DNA of 64,000 nt from a virus, in IMG/VR virus record IMGVR_UViG_3300025154_000049, positions 32,001 through 96,000 of that record; one strand, 5' to 3'. This document shows positions 50,466-58,880 of the stretch, piece after piece. A model generated the notes under the pieces. The model did no database searches. It was not told the DNA's origin and was given only the letters and a program-made list of their open reading frames with translations. The stretch's first letter is position 1. Every line of letters begins with the position of its first letter. A program made the translations under genes and the position numbers.

Positions 50466-50531
50466 GACAAATTTCTCCTTTTATGAATACTATACGATAT
50501 CTTTTTAATTAATTATATCATGATAACAGGA

Positions 50532-51533
50532 TTATGTCAAGCTATTATAAATTTTATCTATCATATCTTCTATCTTAGTATCTCCAGAGAACTCAAAAGA
50601 TAATCTTTTCTTATCTCCAGTTTTACCTATTTTAATATCTACCTGAATATCAGAATATTCTTGATATTCTTTGTGTTCCTTCCCAGCATTATAATAAATA
50701 GTAATCATGCCACCAAAAAGTTTCCCTTTAAACCCAATTGTAGTTCTAAGAAACTTTTCTCCGTAAGGATAATTTCTAACTATTTTGAACTTATCCCTTA
50801 ATTTATTAGATAACATTCCTAACATTTTTTCTACTATGTTAGTTTCTAAATATTCATCTCTTTTTTGAGTTATCTTTCCAGTAGCTTTTTCTTGCCTTAG
50901 TTCAAAAGTTTCTATTATCTCAAAAGAATCCCTAGTCAAAAATATAGCTTGGTGAGGTTCGTCTGGGTGTATAATGGATTTACTTTTTTCTTCAGCATTG
51001 TCAACTAAAACTTTTATCCCCGCTTTTACCAACAACTGATTACTTATTTTGGGACTCAATACTTTTTTATTGGTTAAACCCACAGTTATCATCCTATAAA
51101 ATTGGTATCCAGCTCTTACTCCCCTATTAACTACATAGTTTTGATAGATGACATCCCATCTTTCTTCTGGAAACATTATACTTAGATAATGAATAAATTG
51201 GTCTTTACTCATATCTTGTAAGTATAGAGTTTGGTTAGGAACAATATTTTTAACAACCGCTAAATACCTTCTATTTGTTCCAAATCCTATGTCAGAAGGA
51301 TGATGCACAACATAGTCAGCGGGAAAAGCATATACTCCAGCAGGGTCTTCATGAGTTCCAGCGGGGTCGTAGACTATCCTTTTATCTAAAACATCCGATT
51401 TAAAATTAGAAAAATGAATATACAGATTATCTAAGTTCTGAGTTTTGTACTTCTCCACAAAATTAACGAACTGCTTTGGATAATAATCAGTATAGTGTAT
51501 TTCATTTATTAAATTAATTATTTTATTGAACAT
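50532..51533 (-). CDS. Hypothetical late protein, possible ADP-ribosyltransferase-like fold
   Basis: YIHFS, PAGVYAFP, EPHQAIF; N-terminal FNKII..INE. Confidence 0.45.
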   Translation of the reverse strand: MFNKIINLINEIHYTDYYPKQFVNFVEKYKTQNLDNLYIHFSNFKSDVLDKRIVYDPAGTHEDPAGVYAFPADYVVHHPSDIGFGTNRRYLAVVKNIVPNQTLYLQDMSKDQFIHYLSIMFPEERWDVIYQNYVVNRGVRAGYQFYRMITVGLTNKKVLSPKISNQLLVKAGIKVLVDNAEEKSKSIIHPDEPHQAIFLTRDSFEIIETFELRQEKATGKITQKRDEYLETNIVEKMLGMLSNKLRDKFKIVRNYPYGEKFLRTTIGFKGKLFGGMITIYYNAGKEHKEYQEYSDIQVDIKIGKTGDKKRLSFEFSGDTKIEDMIDKIYNSLT

Positions 51534-51945
51534 CTCTTCCTACTATTTTAATTTGATTAGCATCATAAACCACATAATTATCATCTAATTTTATCCCGTC
51601 AAATCCCATAGAACGAATTTCTTGTAATGAATACCTATCATATTCACTCCAACCTGCTAATTTATTAACCCTCAGATAACAATTTAATAAAATTTTACTA
51701 GAGTTAGCCCCAGACTCGCCTCTAAGGATAACATCTTTATCACTACTAAACCAATGAACCCCTTGAGCAGAAAACCTCCAATTAAAACGATTAAAATCCT
51801 TACTTGTCCCGTGGTATACCATCAGGGGATTTCCATGTTCGTCTATTATTTTAGAATCTCCGAACCATTTTTTAAAAGAACTTGTTTGAGCGATGTCTTT
51901 AACTTCCGTTATTTTGTTAGATAACTTTAATATTTTTCTAAACAT
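51523..51945 (-). CDS. ADP-ribosyltransferase-like (ART-PolyVal type) protein
   Basis: FKKWFGDSK...GNPLMVYHGT, GVHWFS, GFDGI, YVVYDANQIK; late motif at 51973-51983. Confidence 0.65.
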   Translation of the reverse strand: MFRKILKLSNKITEVKDIAQTSSFKKWFGDSKIIDEHGNPLMVYHGTSKDFNRFNWRFSAQGVHWFSSDKDVILRGESGANSSKILLNCYLRVNKLAGWSEYDRYSLQEIRSMGFDGIKLDDNYVVYDANQIKIVGRDVQ

Positions 51946-51983
51946 ACCTCAGCCCCAATAAACATCTTCGTTTATAATATAAA

Positions 51984-52484
51984 TTAATCTTCGTCATCCA
52001 AATTAAATATATTCAGGTTAATTCCGAATTCAGGAATTAAATAGGGTAATCCTCCATTAATGATTAGAGGCATGTAGGGAGCATGTATTATACCTTTAAG
52101 CATATCTTCCAAAGTATCTTTTTCAGTATTATCTACTAGCTCTGCCATAACTCTTGACGATAAGTATATGCTATCAAGATATTCTACTAAAGATTCTTTA
52201 TTTTCAAAATGAATGGGTTTAAAATTATTAGCTTCAAGTTCTTCTAATTCTAGGCAATAGTTACCATCAAAAATACCATAACCTTCTTGATTAGCTAGAT
52301 AGTTATAATATAGTTCTCCTTTATCGTGATAAAGAATATTGTCCGACAAAAATACTATTTTATCGGCTCTCTGCTTATCTTCAGATTTTAATAGTATGAA
52401 ACCTCCTTCGATAGAGAGTTTTTCTACTAGAGTTGTAGCCAATATTAGATTGTCCAAATCTTTTAATTTTAAATAGGTACTCAT
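51984..52484 (-). CDS. Hypothetical protein with internal VMAELVD motif
   Basis: 166 aa. Confidence 0.6.
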   Translation of the reverse strand: MSTYLKLKDLDNLILATTLVEKLSIEGGFILLKSEDKQRADKIVFLSDNILYHDKGELYYNYLANQEGYGIFDGNYCLELEELEANNFKPIHFENKESLVEYLDSIYLSSRVMAELVDNTEKDTLEDMLKGIIHAPYMPLIINGGLPYLIPEFGINLNIFNLDDED

Positions 52485-52492
52485 ATTAATCC

Positions 52493-53698
52493 TTAGGTAG
52501 ATTTAAAGTTATAAAGGGGTTTTATAATATCTAATATTTCTACAGTGTCCTGTACGAGCATAATTATCTCCTCTGCTGGTTTATAAGCCATGGGAGCCTC
52601 ATCTAAAGTGGACTGTTTAACAGAAGTAGAATAAACATTAGCCATTTCTTTTTCAAAATCTTCTAATTTTAAAGTATCCTTGGCTTTAGACCTAGACATC
52701 AATCTTCCAGCACCATGAGGAGCAGAATAATTCCAATCTTTATTACCTTTACCTACAGCTAAGATAGAACCGTCTCTCATATTTAGAGGAATTAAAACTA
52801 ATTCCTCTAACTCTGCCGAAATGGCACCTTTTCTTATTATACCATTTTCATCAATATAGTTATGAATAGTTTCAAATCTTTCTATCTCGTTTAAACCCAT
52901 AGATTTTACTATTCTATTAGCCATATTGTGTCTACTGATAGAAGCATATTTTTGAGCAACTTTTAAATCATAAAGGTACTCGTCCTTAAATTCTCCTTCT
53001 AGGAAACATAAATGTTTAGGAGTTTTATATTTTTCATTATACTGTTTAGTCTCTTCTATATAACTCTGTAGCTCTTCAAATTTACCTGCTTGTTTGAAAG
53101 ACTCCATTTTTTCTTTATGGAAATCTTTTACTTTACTAGCACAATATTTCTCAGCTATTCTTTGATGATACTCGGCAACACATTTACCAAAATTCCTAGA
53201 ACCACTATGAATTACTAGGTATTTATCCCCGTAAGTGCCCTCGTTAAGTTCGATAAAGTGATTTCCTCCTCCTAAAGAGCCTATTCCCTTAAGGAAATCC
53301 CCAAAGTCTCTCCCAAGTTTCTTACCTATCTTCTTAACATCGTCCTCTATATTAGAAACATTAGCAACAACTTTATTGTTATTTTTAAATCCGTGGGGGA
53401 TATTATGTCTTATATAATCATCTATGTTCGAGAGATTTAATTCCGATTTATCTAACTTAACTGTAAGCATACCACAACCAATATCTACTCCTATTAAATT
53501 AGGGACAACCCTATCTTTCATAAGAGCAGTAAAACCTATCACACATCCCTTACCAGCATGAGTATCGGGCATGATTCTTACGTTAGTATCTACGAAAGCA
53601 GGAGTATTTATAAGTTCTATTACTTGACCTAACGCTTCCTTCTCTATATTATCAGTATAAACTATAGCATTACTGTATTTACCTTCTAAATTTATCAT
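52493..53698 (-). CDS. rtcB: RtcB RNA ligase
   Basis: MPDTHAGKG, GVDIGCG, GSLGGGNHFIE, HSGSR, HNY, RKGA, PHGAGR, DEAPMAYK. Confidence 0.95.
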   Translation of the reverse strand: MINLEGKYSNAIVYTDNIEKEALGQVIELINTPAFVDTNVRIMPDTHAGKGCVIGFTALMKDRVVPNLIGVDIGCGMLTVKLDKSELNLSNIDDYIRHNIPHGFKNNNKVVANVSNIEDDVKKIGKKLGRDFGDFLKGIGSLGGGNHFIELNEGTYGDKYLVIHSGSRNFGKCVAEYHQRIAEKYCASKVKDFHKEKMESFKQAGKFEELQSYIEETKQYNEKYKTPKHLCFLEGEFKDEYLYDLKVAQKYASISRHNMANRIVKSMGLNEIERFETIHNYIDENGIIRKGAISAELEELVLIPLNMRDGSILAVGKGNKDWNYSAPHGAGRLMSRSKAKDTLKLEDFEKEMANVYSTSVKQSTLDEAPMAYKPAEEIIMLVQDTVEILDIIKPLYNFKST

Positions 53699-53757
53699 TA
53701 TTTTTCTCCAATTATCTATATATTACAAGCATAACATAAATTTTTATATATTTCAAG

Positions 53758-54348
53758 CTATTTTCTTAAATCATAAAGATATGTTACTTTAGGTTTAGTT
53801 TTTACATATACGGCTTCTCCCGTTTCTAAGGCTTTTTTAATTTCTTTAGCGAAAGGTTTAAGCTCTCCTTTATTTTTTGTTCTTATACATTTATCGTGGT
53901 ACCTTTTATCTTTATACAAGATAACTCTTCCAGCACTGGTATATCCTATATGCTTAAAATTAGTAGCTTTATATATTATTCCAGTATGACCAAAAGTTTG
54001 GTCTGCATAGGAAATTACTTTTTTAATGTCTGTATTCTTCTTTAACCATTTTAATGTTTTACCTATGAAATAACTCTCTGTATTTCTGGGAGTATCGTCT
54101 ATACAACATAATCTTCTTAACTCTATCACATCTTTCTCTTCGTCAGCATACTTCTTCCAACAATTAGCCATAGCCATTTTACCATAAATCATGGCACCAA
54201 TCATCTCATTACCATTCATTAATTTAAAACAGTAATCTATTCTTAGTCCATTTATGCTTTGGCTATAATGCCATTTTTCTACAAAGTCTTTTATGTCTTT
54301 TCTAGCACACAATTCTACTTTATAGTTTCTTACGGAAGTTTCTTTCAT
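53758..54348 (-). CDS. Mom-family (GNAT) DNA modification protein
   Basis: WHYS, IELRRL, PRNTESYFIG, ISYAD...HTGIIYKATNF. Confidence 0.75.
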   Translation of the reverse strand: MKETSVRNYKVELCARKDIKDFVEKWHYSQSINGLRIDYCFKLMNGNEMIGAMIYGKMAMANCWKKYADEEKDVIELRRLCCIDDTPRNTESYFIGKTLKWLKKNTDIKKVISYADQTFGHTGIIYKATNFKHIGYTSAGRVILYKDKRYHDKCIRTKNKGELKPFAKEIKKALETGEAVYVKTKPKVTYLYDLRK

Positions 54349-54519
54349 TAGGCTAATATATTTCTTTCTGGAAAATTTATTATTTTCTTATCCCTATTTA
54401 TCTTAGAGTTCATTAATTTTTTACAAAGCTTTGCACAATCCGTACAGATTAATAAATCTCCATCTCCTATAAAGTTGTCTTTTTCTTCTTTACAAAATCT
54501 ACATTTCATATTCATCTCC

Positions 54520-54750
54520 TTAATTAACTAATTCATCCATCATCTCAAATCTAAATTCATCTAAAGCTATAAAATTTTTATTTTTTAGTATATACTCTTT
54601 TAACTCTTTTCTATTCATTCCATGCTTATTATGAAACATCTCATGGAAATTTCCTGTTTGAGGTATTTTATTTCGAGATTGAAGTTTCCAACCATCATAT
54701 CCTTCTACCAATAGATATCCAGTTTTAAGTAACCTATTCCAGAATATCAT
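54520..54750 (-). CDS. Hypothetical protein, C-terminal MxEL tag
   Basis: Ends EMMDELVN. Confidence 0.65.
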   Translation of the reverse strand: MIFWNRLLKTGYLLVEGYDGWKLQSRNKIPQTGNFHEMFHNKHGMNRKELKEYILKNKNFIALDEFRFEMMDELVN

Positions 54751-55055
54751 CCGACTAACTCCTCCATAGTTATTGAAGGAATAATAAAATCGTGTACTAT
54801 TTCGTTTGCCAATATTCTTTCTTTAAGACAACGAAGTAACTTAGTTACAGGAGTATCTTCAGAAATTAATTCATTTAATTCTTTTATTATTTCGCAGGGA
54901 CAATTTCTAAGATAAAAAATATTTATTATACGGGACAATCTGTCATAAACATGGGAACTCTTAGCTTGTTGTTTATAATACCTACGTACCTCACCCCGAT
55001 ATTTTTCCATATCATCCAACATAATATTTAGAATAACCCATTTATCTATTATCAT
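54747..55055 (-). CDS. Hypothetical protein, C-terminal MxEL tag
   Basis: Ends ITMEELVG. Confidence 0.65.
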   Translation of the reverse strand: MIIDKWVILNIMLDDMEKYRGEVRRYYKQQAKSSHVYDRLSRIINIFYLRNCPCEIIKELNELISEDTPVTKLLRCLKERILANEIVHDFIIPSITMEELVG

Positions 55056-55282
55056 GAGATTAACTCTATCATAGTTTTTATAGTATCTAGTTCTTCTGTT
55101 ACTATTTCAAAAGGATTGGCACAACAATTTTTATAGAGGTCATCAAAATCAGTAGCTTGAAATTTCATACCCCATTCTCTATAATAGCAATCGTATTCTA
55201 TAGTATAAACTCCTAAGCCAAATTTTAAAACTTGACATAAATGTTTTATTTCTTTATGATATACAAAGAATTTTTCTAGCAT
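55052..55282 (-). CDS. Hypothetical protein, C-terminal MxEL tag
   Basis: Likely start MLEKFF after the tRNA; ends KTMIELIS. Confidence 0.6.
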   Translation of the reverse strand: MLEKFFVYHKEIKHLCQVLKFGLGVYTIEYDCYYREWGMKFQATDFDDLYKNCCANPFEIVTEELDTIKTMIELIS

Positions 55283-55304
55283 AGTATATTTCCTTAAATA
55301 AAAT

Positions 55305-55380
55305 CGCAAGGTGGGGGAATCGAACCCAAATACCGTCTTGAGTTTTGGAGACTCTTATTCTACCATTGAACTAACCCTGC
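55305..55380 (-). tRNA. tRNA-Trp (CCA) with a 5-nt insertion in the T-stem; possibly a pseudo-tRNA
   Basis: GCAGGGT/ACCTTGC acceptor stem, AGTTCAATGGTAGAA D-arm, GAGT-CTCCAAA-ACTC anticodon arm, TTCGATT T-loop. Confidence 0.75.
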
Positions 55381-55594
55381 ATATTTAAATAATATCATAT
55401 ATCGGAAATAATTTCAAGTATTTATTAAGTAATGTTAATTATCTTAAGACCACAACAGATACATCTTGTTTTTCTACATTCATGACATATTTTAATAAAA
55501 GAATTACTTTTTAAAAATTCTTCTCCACATACAATACATTTAGATTTAGCCACACAAGGGAAACCTATCCTTCTAGCACATCTTATACAAAACA

Positions 55595-55879
55595 TTATCC
55601 TATTAACTCCTGCATTATTACCACACTTTGAATATCTGAGAAATTCTCTATCTCGTATAAATCTTGTCTTCGTATACCCAAAATAAGACTATCTTTCCAT
55701 TTTCTATAATTTATTTTATAGACATATTTGAATAAATCTGACAAGTTAGTTCTCATACTAAACATTTGACTTCTATAGATAATATTATCTATAGAATATA
55801 ATAAGATAAAATACCTATTCCTTTTAATAATATATTTTTTATCTATAGACAGGTCATTTTTATTTAATATTATTTTCAT
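55595..55879 (-). CDS. Hypothetical protein, C-terminal MxEL tag
   Basis: Ends VIMQELIG. Confidence 0.65.
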   Translation of the reverse strand: MKIILNKNDLSIDKKYIIKRNRYFILLYSIDNIIYRSQMFSMRTNLSDLFKYVYKINYRKWKDSLILGIRRQDLYEIENFSDIQSVVIMQELIG

Positions 55880-55880
55880 G

Positions 55881-56648
55881 TTACCCTACTGTAAGTTCTA
55901 TCATAGTTCTTAAGGATTGCAATTTTTCAGTAACTTTGTCAAAGTCATTTGAAATATCATATATTGTTTTGTATAGCTCTATATCATTATATTGAGCTAT
56001 ACTATCCTCTTGCATAAAATCTTTACCCATTACAACTTCTACTTTTATCGCATAATCTAATTTTAATTTACCATCAGAACCCATAGGAAAACCCTGCCTA
56101 GCGTTACCCTGATAGGAAAAGTAACTCAACTCCCGATTAACATTAATAATATTAATAGTACTTTTTATTTTTTCCCAATCCTTAGCATGTACGACTCTTA
56201 GGTCTAAAGGAGTATCCCAAGGGAATTTTTTGATATCTCGTTCTGACAAAGTTAAATAAAAATCTTTTCCGTTGTTATTTAAGATTAGAGGGTTAGATAG
56301 TGTATCTGATTGGATACTTAAGGTAGAGGGAGACCCCAAACTCCCAGAGGAACAACTGTACACACGGATAATTGGACTATCCCAATAGAATCTATGTTTT
56401 TGAGAGTCAAATATTTGAAATTCTTTAAGATTCCCTAAATCTCCTCTTATACAAGAAGGAAGAGTAAAATTTATAGGATTATTTGTATTCTGAAAGGGTA
56501 CGAATAAGAAATTAGATATATTTTCTTCTAAAGAATCACATTTGTATTCTTTATAAAAATTTAAATAAGTTATCCTGTAGTAATATACAATACCTGTACC
56601 TCCCAAAGATTCATTATAAGTATCTATTATCTCTCTTATATTTTCCAT
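55881..56648 (-). CDS. Hypothetical protein, C-terminal MxEL tag
   Basis: Ends RTMIELTVG. Confidence 0.65.
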   Translation of the reverse strand: MENIREIIDTYNESLGGTGIVYYYRITYLNFYKEYKCDSLEENISNFLFVPFQNTNNPINFTLPSCIRGDLGNLKEFQIFDSQKHRFYWDSPIIRVYSCSSGSLGSPSTLSIQSDTLSNPLILNNNGKDFYLTLSERDIKKFPWDTPLDLRVVHAKDWEKIKSTINIINVNRELSYFSYQGNARQGFPMGSDGKLKLDYAIKVEVVMGKDFMQEDSIAQYNDIELYKTIYDISNDFDKVTEKLQSLRTMIELTVG

Positions 56649-56683
56649 AGCCTACTCACCCTTAAAAACATTAGCTATTTTAT

Positions 56684-57055
56684 TCATTCTGATAACTCCT
56701 TCATTACTAAAAGGGACTCAAACTCTTCTTTATCTTCAAATTCATGTATTTTAAACTCTCTATAGCTAGTAAAATTAGTTAAATTTAATAAAACATTAGA
56801 TATTCCAAAGCAGGTGGCACTATGCCAACCATTATCTCCTATACTATCGACATCAAAAGCTCTAACATATTGGTACTGTTTCCATTTATCTCCTATGGTT
56901 AGATGAAAATATTTTTTGATATGACAGATACGATGGGTTCCCTCTATAACATAGAATTTTCCAGAGTCTAATGTTTTCAAAGTAAATACAGTATCCCTTC
57001 GGAGACTGTTTTTTCCATTAGGAACCATAGCATATATAGGTAAATCTAGTCTCAT
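56684..57055 (-). CDS. Hypothetical protein, C-terminal MxEL tag
   Basis: Ends LVMKELSE. Confidence 0.65.
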   Translation of the reverse strand: MRLDLPIYAMVPNGKNSLRRDTVFTLKTLDSGKFYVIEGTHRICHIKKYFHLTIGDKWKQYQYVRAFDVDSIGDNGWHSATCFGISNVLLNLTNFTSYREFKIHEFEDKEEFESLLVMKELSE

Positions 57056-57450
57056 TAATTTGTCAACTCTTCCATAACTTTATGCTTTTCATAACTTTCT
57101 ATTAAATATCCCATAATTAAAGGTTTATCTCCTCCCTCTAACTTCTCATCTATAATTTTTAATGCCCGATAGAAAACTTTTTCAGTGGTGTTGTGGTCAT
57201 AGAACATAAATTCTACAATTCTATCTATTAGAGAATATTCATTATAGAACTTTTCATAGCATCTCGATTTGATACAATCATTTATTATATAATATTCTTC
57301 TGGATTATCTGGTCGTATAACACCTAATTCACTATCTAGTATTCCTACAAAACGTTCTCTTACAAAAATAACTTCCATATTCCACAAAGCCATATATTTT
57401 AATATGCTATTTATGGTTTCTCCAAAAGGTTTTATGATATTTAAATTCAT
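57055..57450 (-). CDS. Hypothetical protein, C-terminal MxEL tag
   Basis: Ends KVMEELTN. Confidence 0.65.
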   Translation of the reverse strand: MNLNIIKPFGETINSILKYMALWNMEVIFVRERFVGILDSELGVIRPDNPEEYYIINDCIKSRCYEKFYNEYSLIDRIVEFMFYDHNTTEKVFYRALKIIDEKLEGGDKPLIMGYLIESYEKHKVMEELTN

Positions 57451-57767
57451 CCTACTAGCTCCTCCATACTTTTAACAGCATGAAGTTCATCCAAACTATC
57501 AAGTTCATAAACTTTCTCCTTTGAGAAGTAAGGACGTTTTATATAAGTTAAATAGATATTTATCTCTTGTAATAATTCCCTCTCCCACAAACCGTGGTCA
57601 AAGTGGATATTACCATAAGGATATCCAGAACTATCTTCTTGATAAAATTTCCACAATTTTTCATCTTTATCGAATAGGTACCAGTGGTAATTCTTTCCAG
57701 ATTTAAAAAGATAAATCTTATCTTGATATATGCTATTTATTTTAACATGCTTCTCTAATATTATCAT
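57447..57767 (-). CDS. Hypothetical protein, C-terminal MxEL tag
   Basis: Ends KSMEELVG. Confidence 0.65.
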   Translation of the reverse strand: MIILEKHVKINSIYQDKIYLFKSGKNYHWYLFDKDEKLWKFYQEDSSGYPYGNIHFDHGLWERELLQEINIYLTYIKRPYFSKEKVYELDSLDELHAVKSMEELVG

Positions 57768-58120
57768 GATACAAGTTCCTGCATACTGAAATAAGTATCT
57801 AAAAGTCCTACAATTTCTTCGTCTTCTAAGGGGATTAATAATTTAGCATATAATCTACTATAACCTTCTGAACCTCTATGTTGCAGGTTAAAGGGGAATG
57901 AATACTTTAATTCCTTAGTTTCTTTTTCCAATATACTGATATGGCTAAACACATAATCGGTATTACTTTTTATATATAATATTTCATACTTATAGGTACG
58001 ATGGAATAGGGCAGTGATTATATTTGTTATTTCTAAAATTTCCATAAATTTTAGTTCTAATCTAAGGGGTTCAAATATTTCATATATTTTACATTCGTAG
58101 GATGGTTTTACTAATTTCAT
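57764..58120 (-). CDS. Hypothetical protein, C-terminal MxEL tag
   Basis: Ends FSMQELVS. Confidence 0.65.
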   Translation of the reverse strand: MKLVKPSYECKIYEIFEPLRLELKFMEILEITNIITALFHRTYKYEILYIKSNTDYVFSHISILEKETKELKYSFPFNLQHRGSEGYSRLYAKLLIPLEDEEIVGLLDTYFSMQELVS

Positions 58121-58199
58121 ATTACTCCTAAAGAAAAAGGAAGAGGTTAGTGAAAAGTAAGGTTAAAGGTCAAGACAGGAAAAACTAACCTCTGTTACG

Positions 58200-58442
58200 T
58201 TAATTGTTAATGTAGAATGTTGCTGTAACTATGACATCAAGTATATCGCTGTAGGACAGCATGCCGTTGTCGTGCATTGTTTCTCCTATTATACAAAAAT
58301 CTTTATTAAAGAAAGCATCTGCTATTTTTTCAAATCCACGTATTTTAAGATACTGAACTAAGTCTGATTTTTCTACGTCTTCAGCATATATTTCTAATTC
58401 TAATCTTTTAAGGACTTTATTTATTTTAGTTGTGGTACTCAT
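58200..58442 (-). CDS. Hypothetical protein in a stand-alone transcription unit
   Basis: 80 aa; AAGGAG RBS, own promoter and 3' hairpin. Confidence 0.65.
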   Translation of the reverse strand: MSTTTKINKVLKRLELEIYAEDVEKSDLVQYLKIRGFEKIADAFFNKDFCIIGETMHDNGMLSYSDILDVIVTATFYINN

Positions 58443-58584
58443 AATTTTCTCCTTGACTTAACCTTATATAATTATCATAACAGAAAAAGAACTATATTTC
58501 AAGTTCTTCGTTAATAATTATTAAGATATTGTTACACTTTTCGTAAGGAGTTTTACGATATTTTTACACTTTTCGTAAGGAATC

Positions 58585-58833
58585 CTATAAAACCACACTA
58601 TTTCTAGGTCTTATCTTATATTTTGGTAGATATACTTGTACTTCCTTGCCATTAAGAATATATTTTACATTAACTTCATTTTCAGAAGGGCTAGAATCAC
58701 TCACTACCTCTGCATCGATACCTGTTTTTACCTCTGGAACAGTACTATGCTCGTCTTGTACCATGACCTTCATCCCTTTTTTAAATGTTTCATTTAAAAA
58801 ATTACATAAATAGATAGTTTTATTTAATTTCAT
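58585..58833 (-). CDS. Small SH3-like late protein with N-terminal LNE motif
   Basis: FKKGMKVMV...AEVV...VNVKY; late-like motif at 58863-58873. Confidence 0.55.
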   Translation of the reverse strand: MKLNKTIYLCNFLNETFKKGMKVMVQDEHSTVPEVKTGIDAEVVSDSSPSENEVNVKYILNGKEVQVYLPKYKIRPRNSVVL

Positions 58834-58880
58834 TGTTTTAGTCTCTAACTAGATAATCTAATTATAATGTAAAATAAAAG

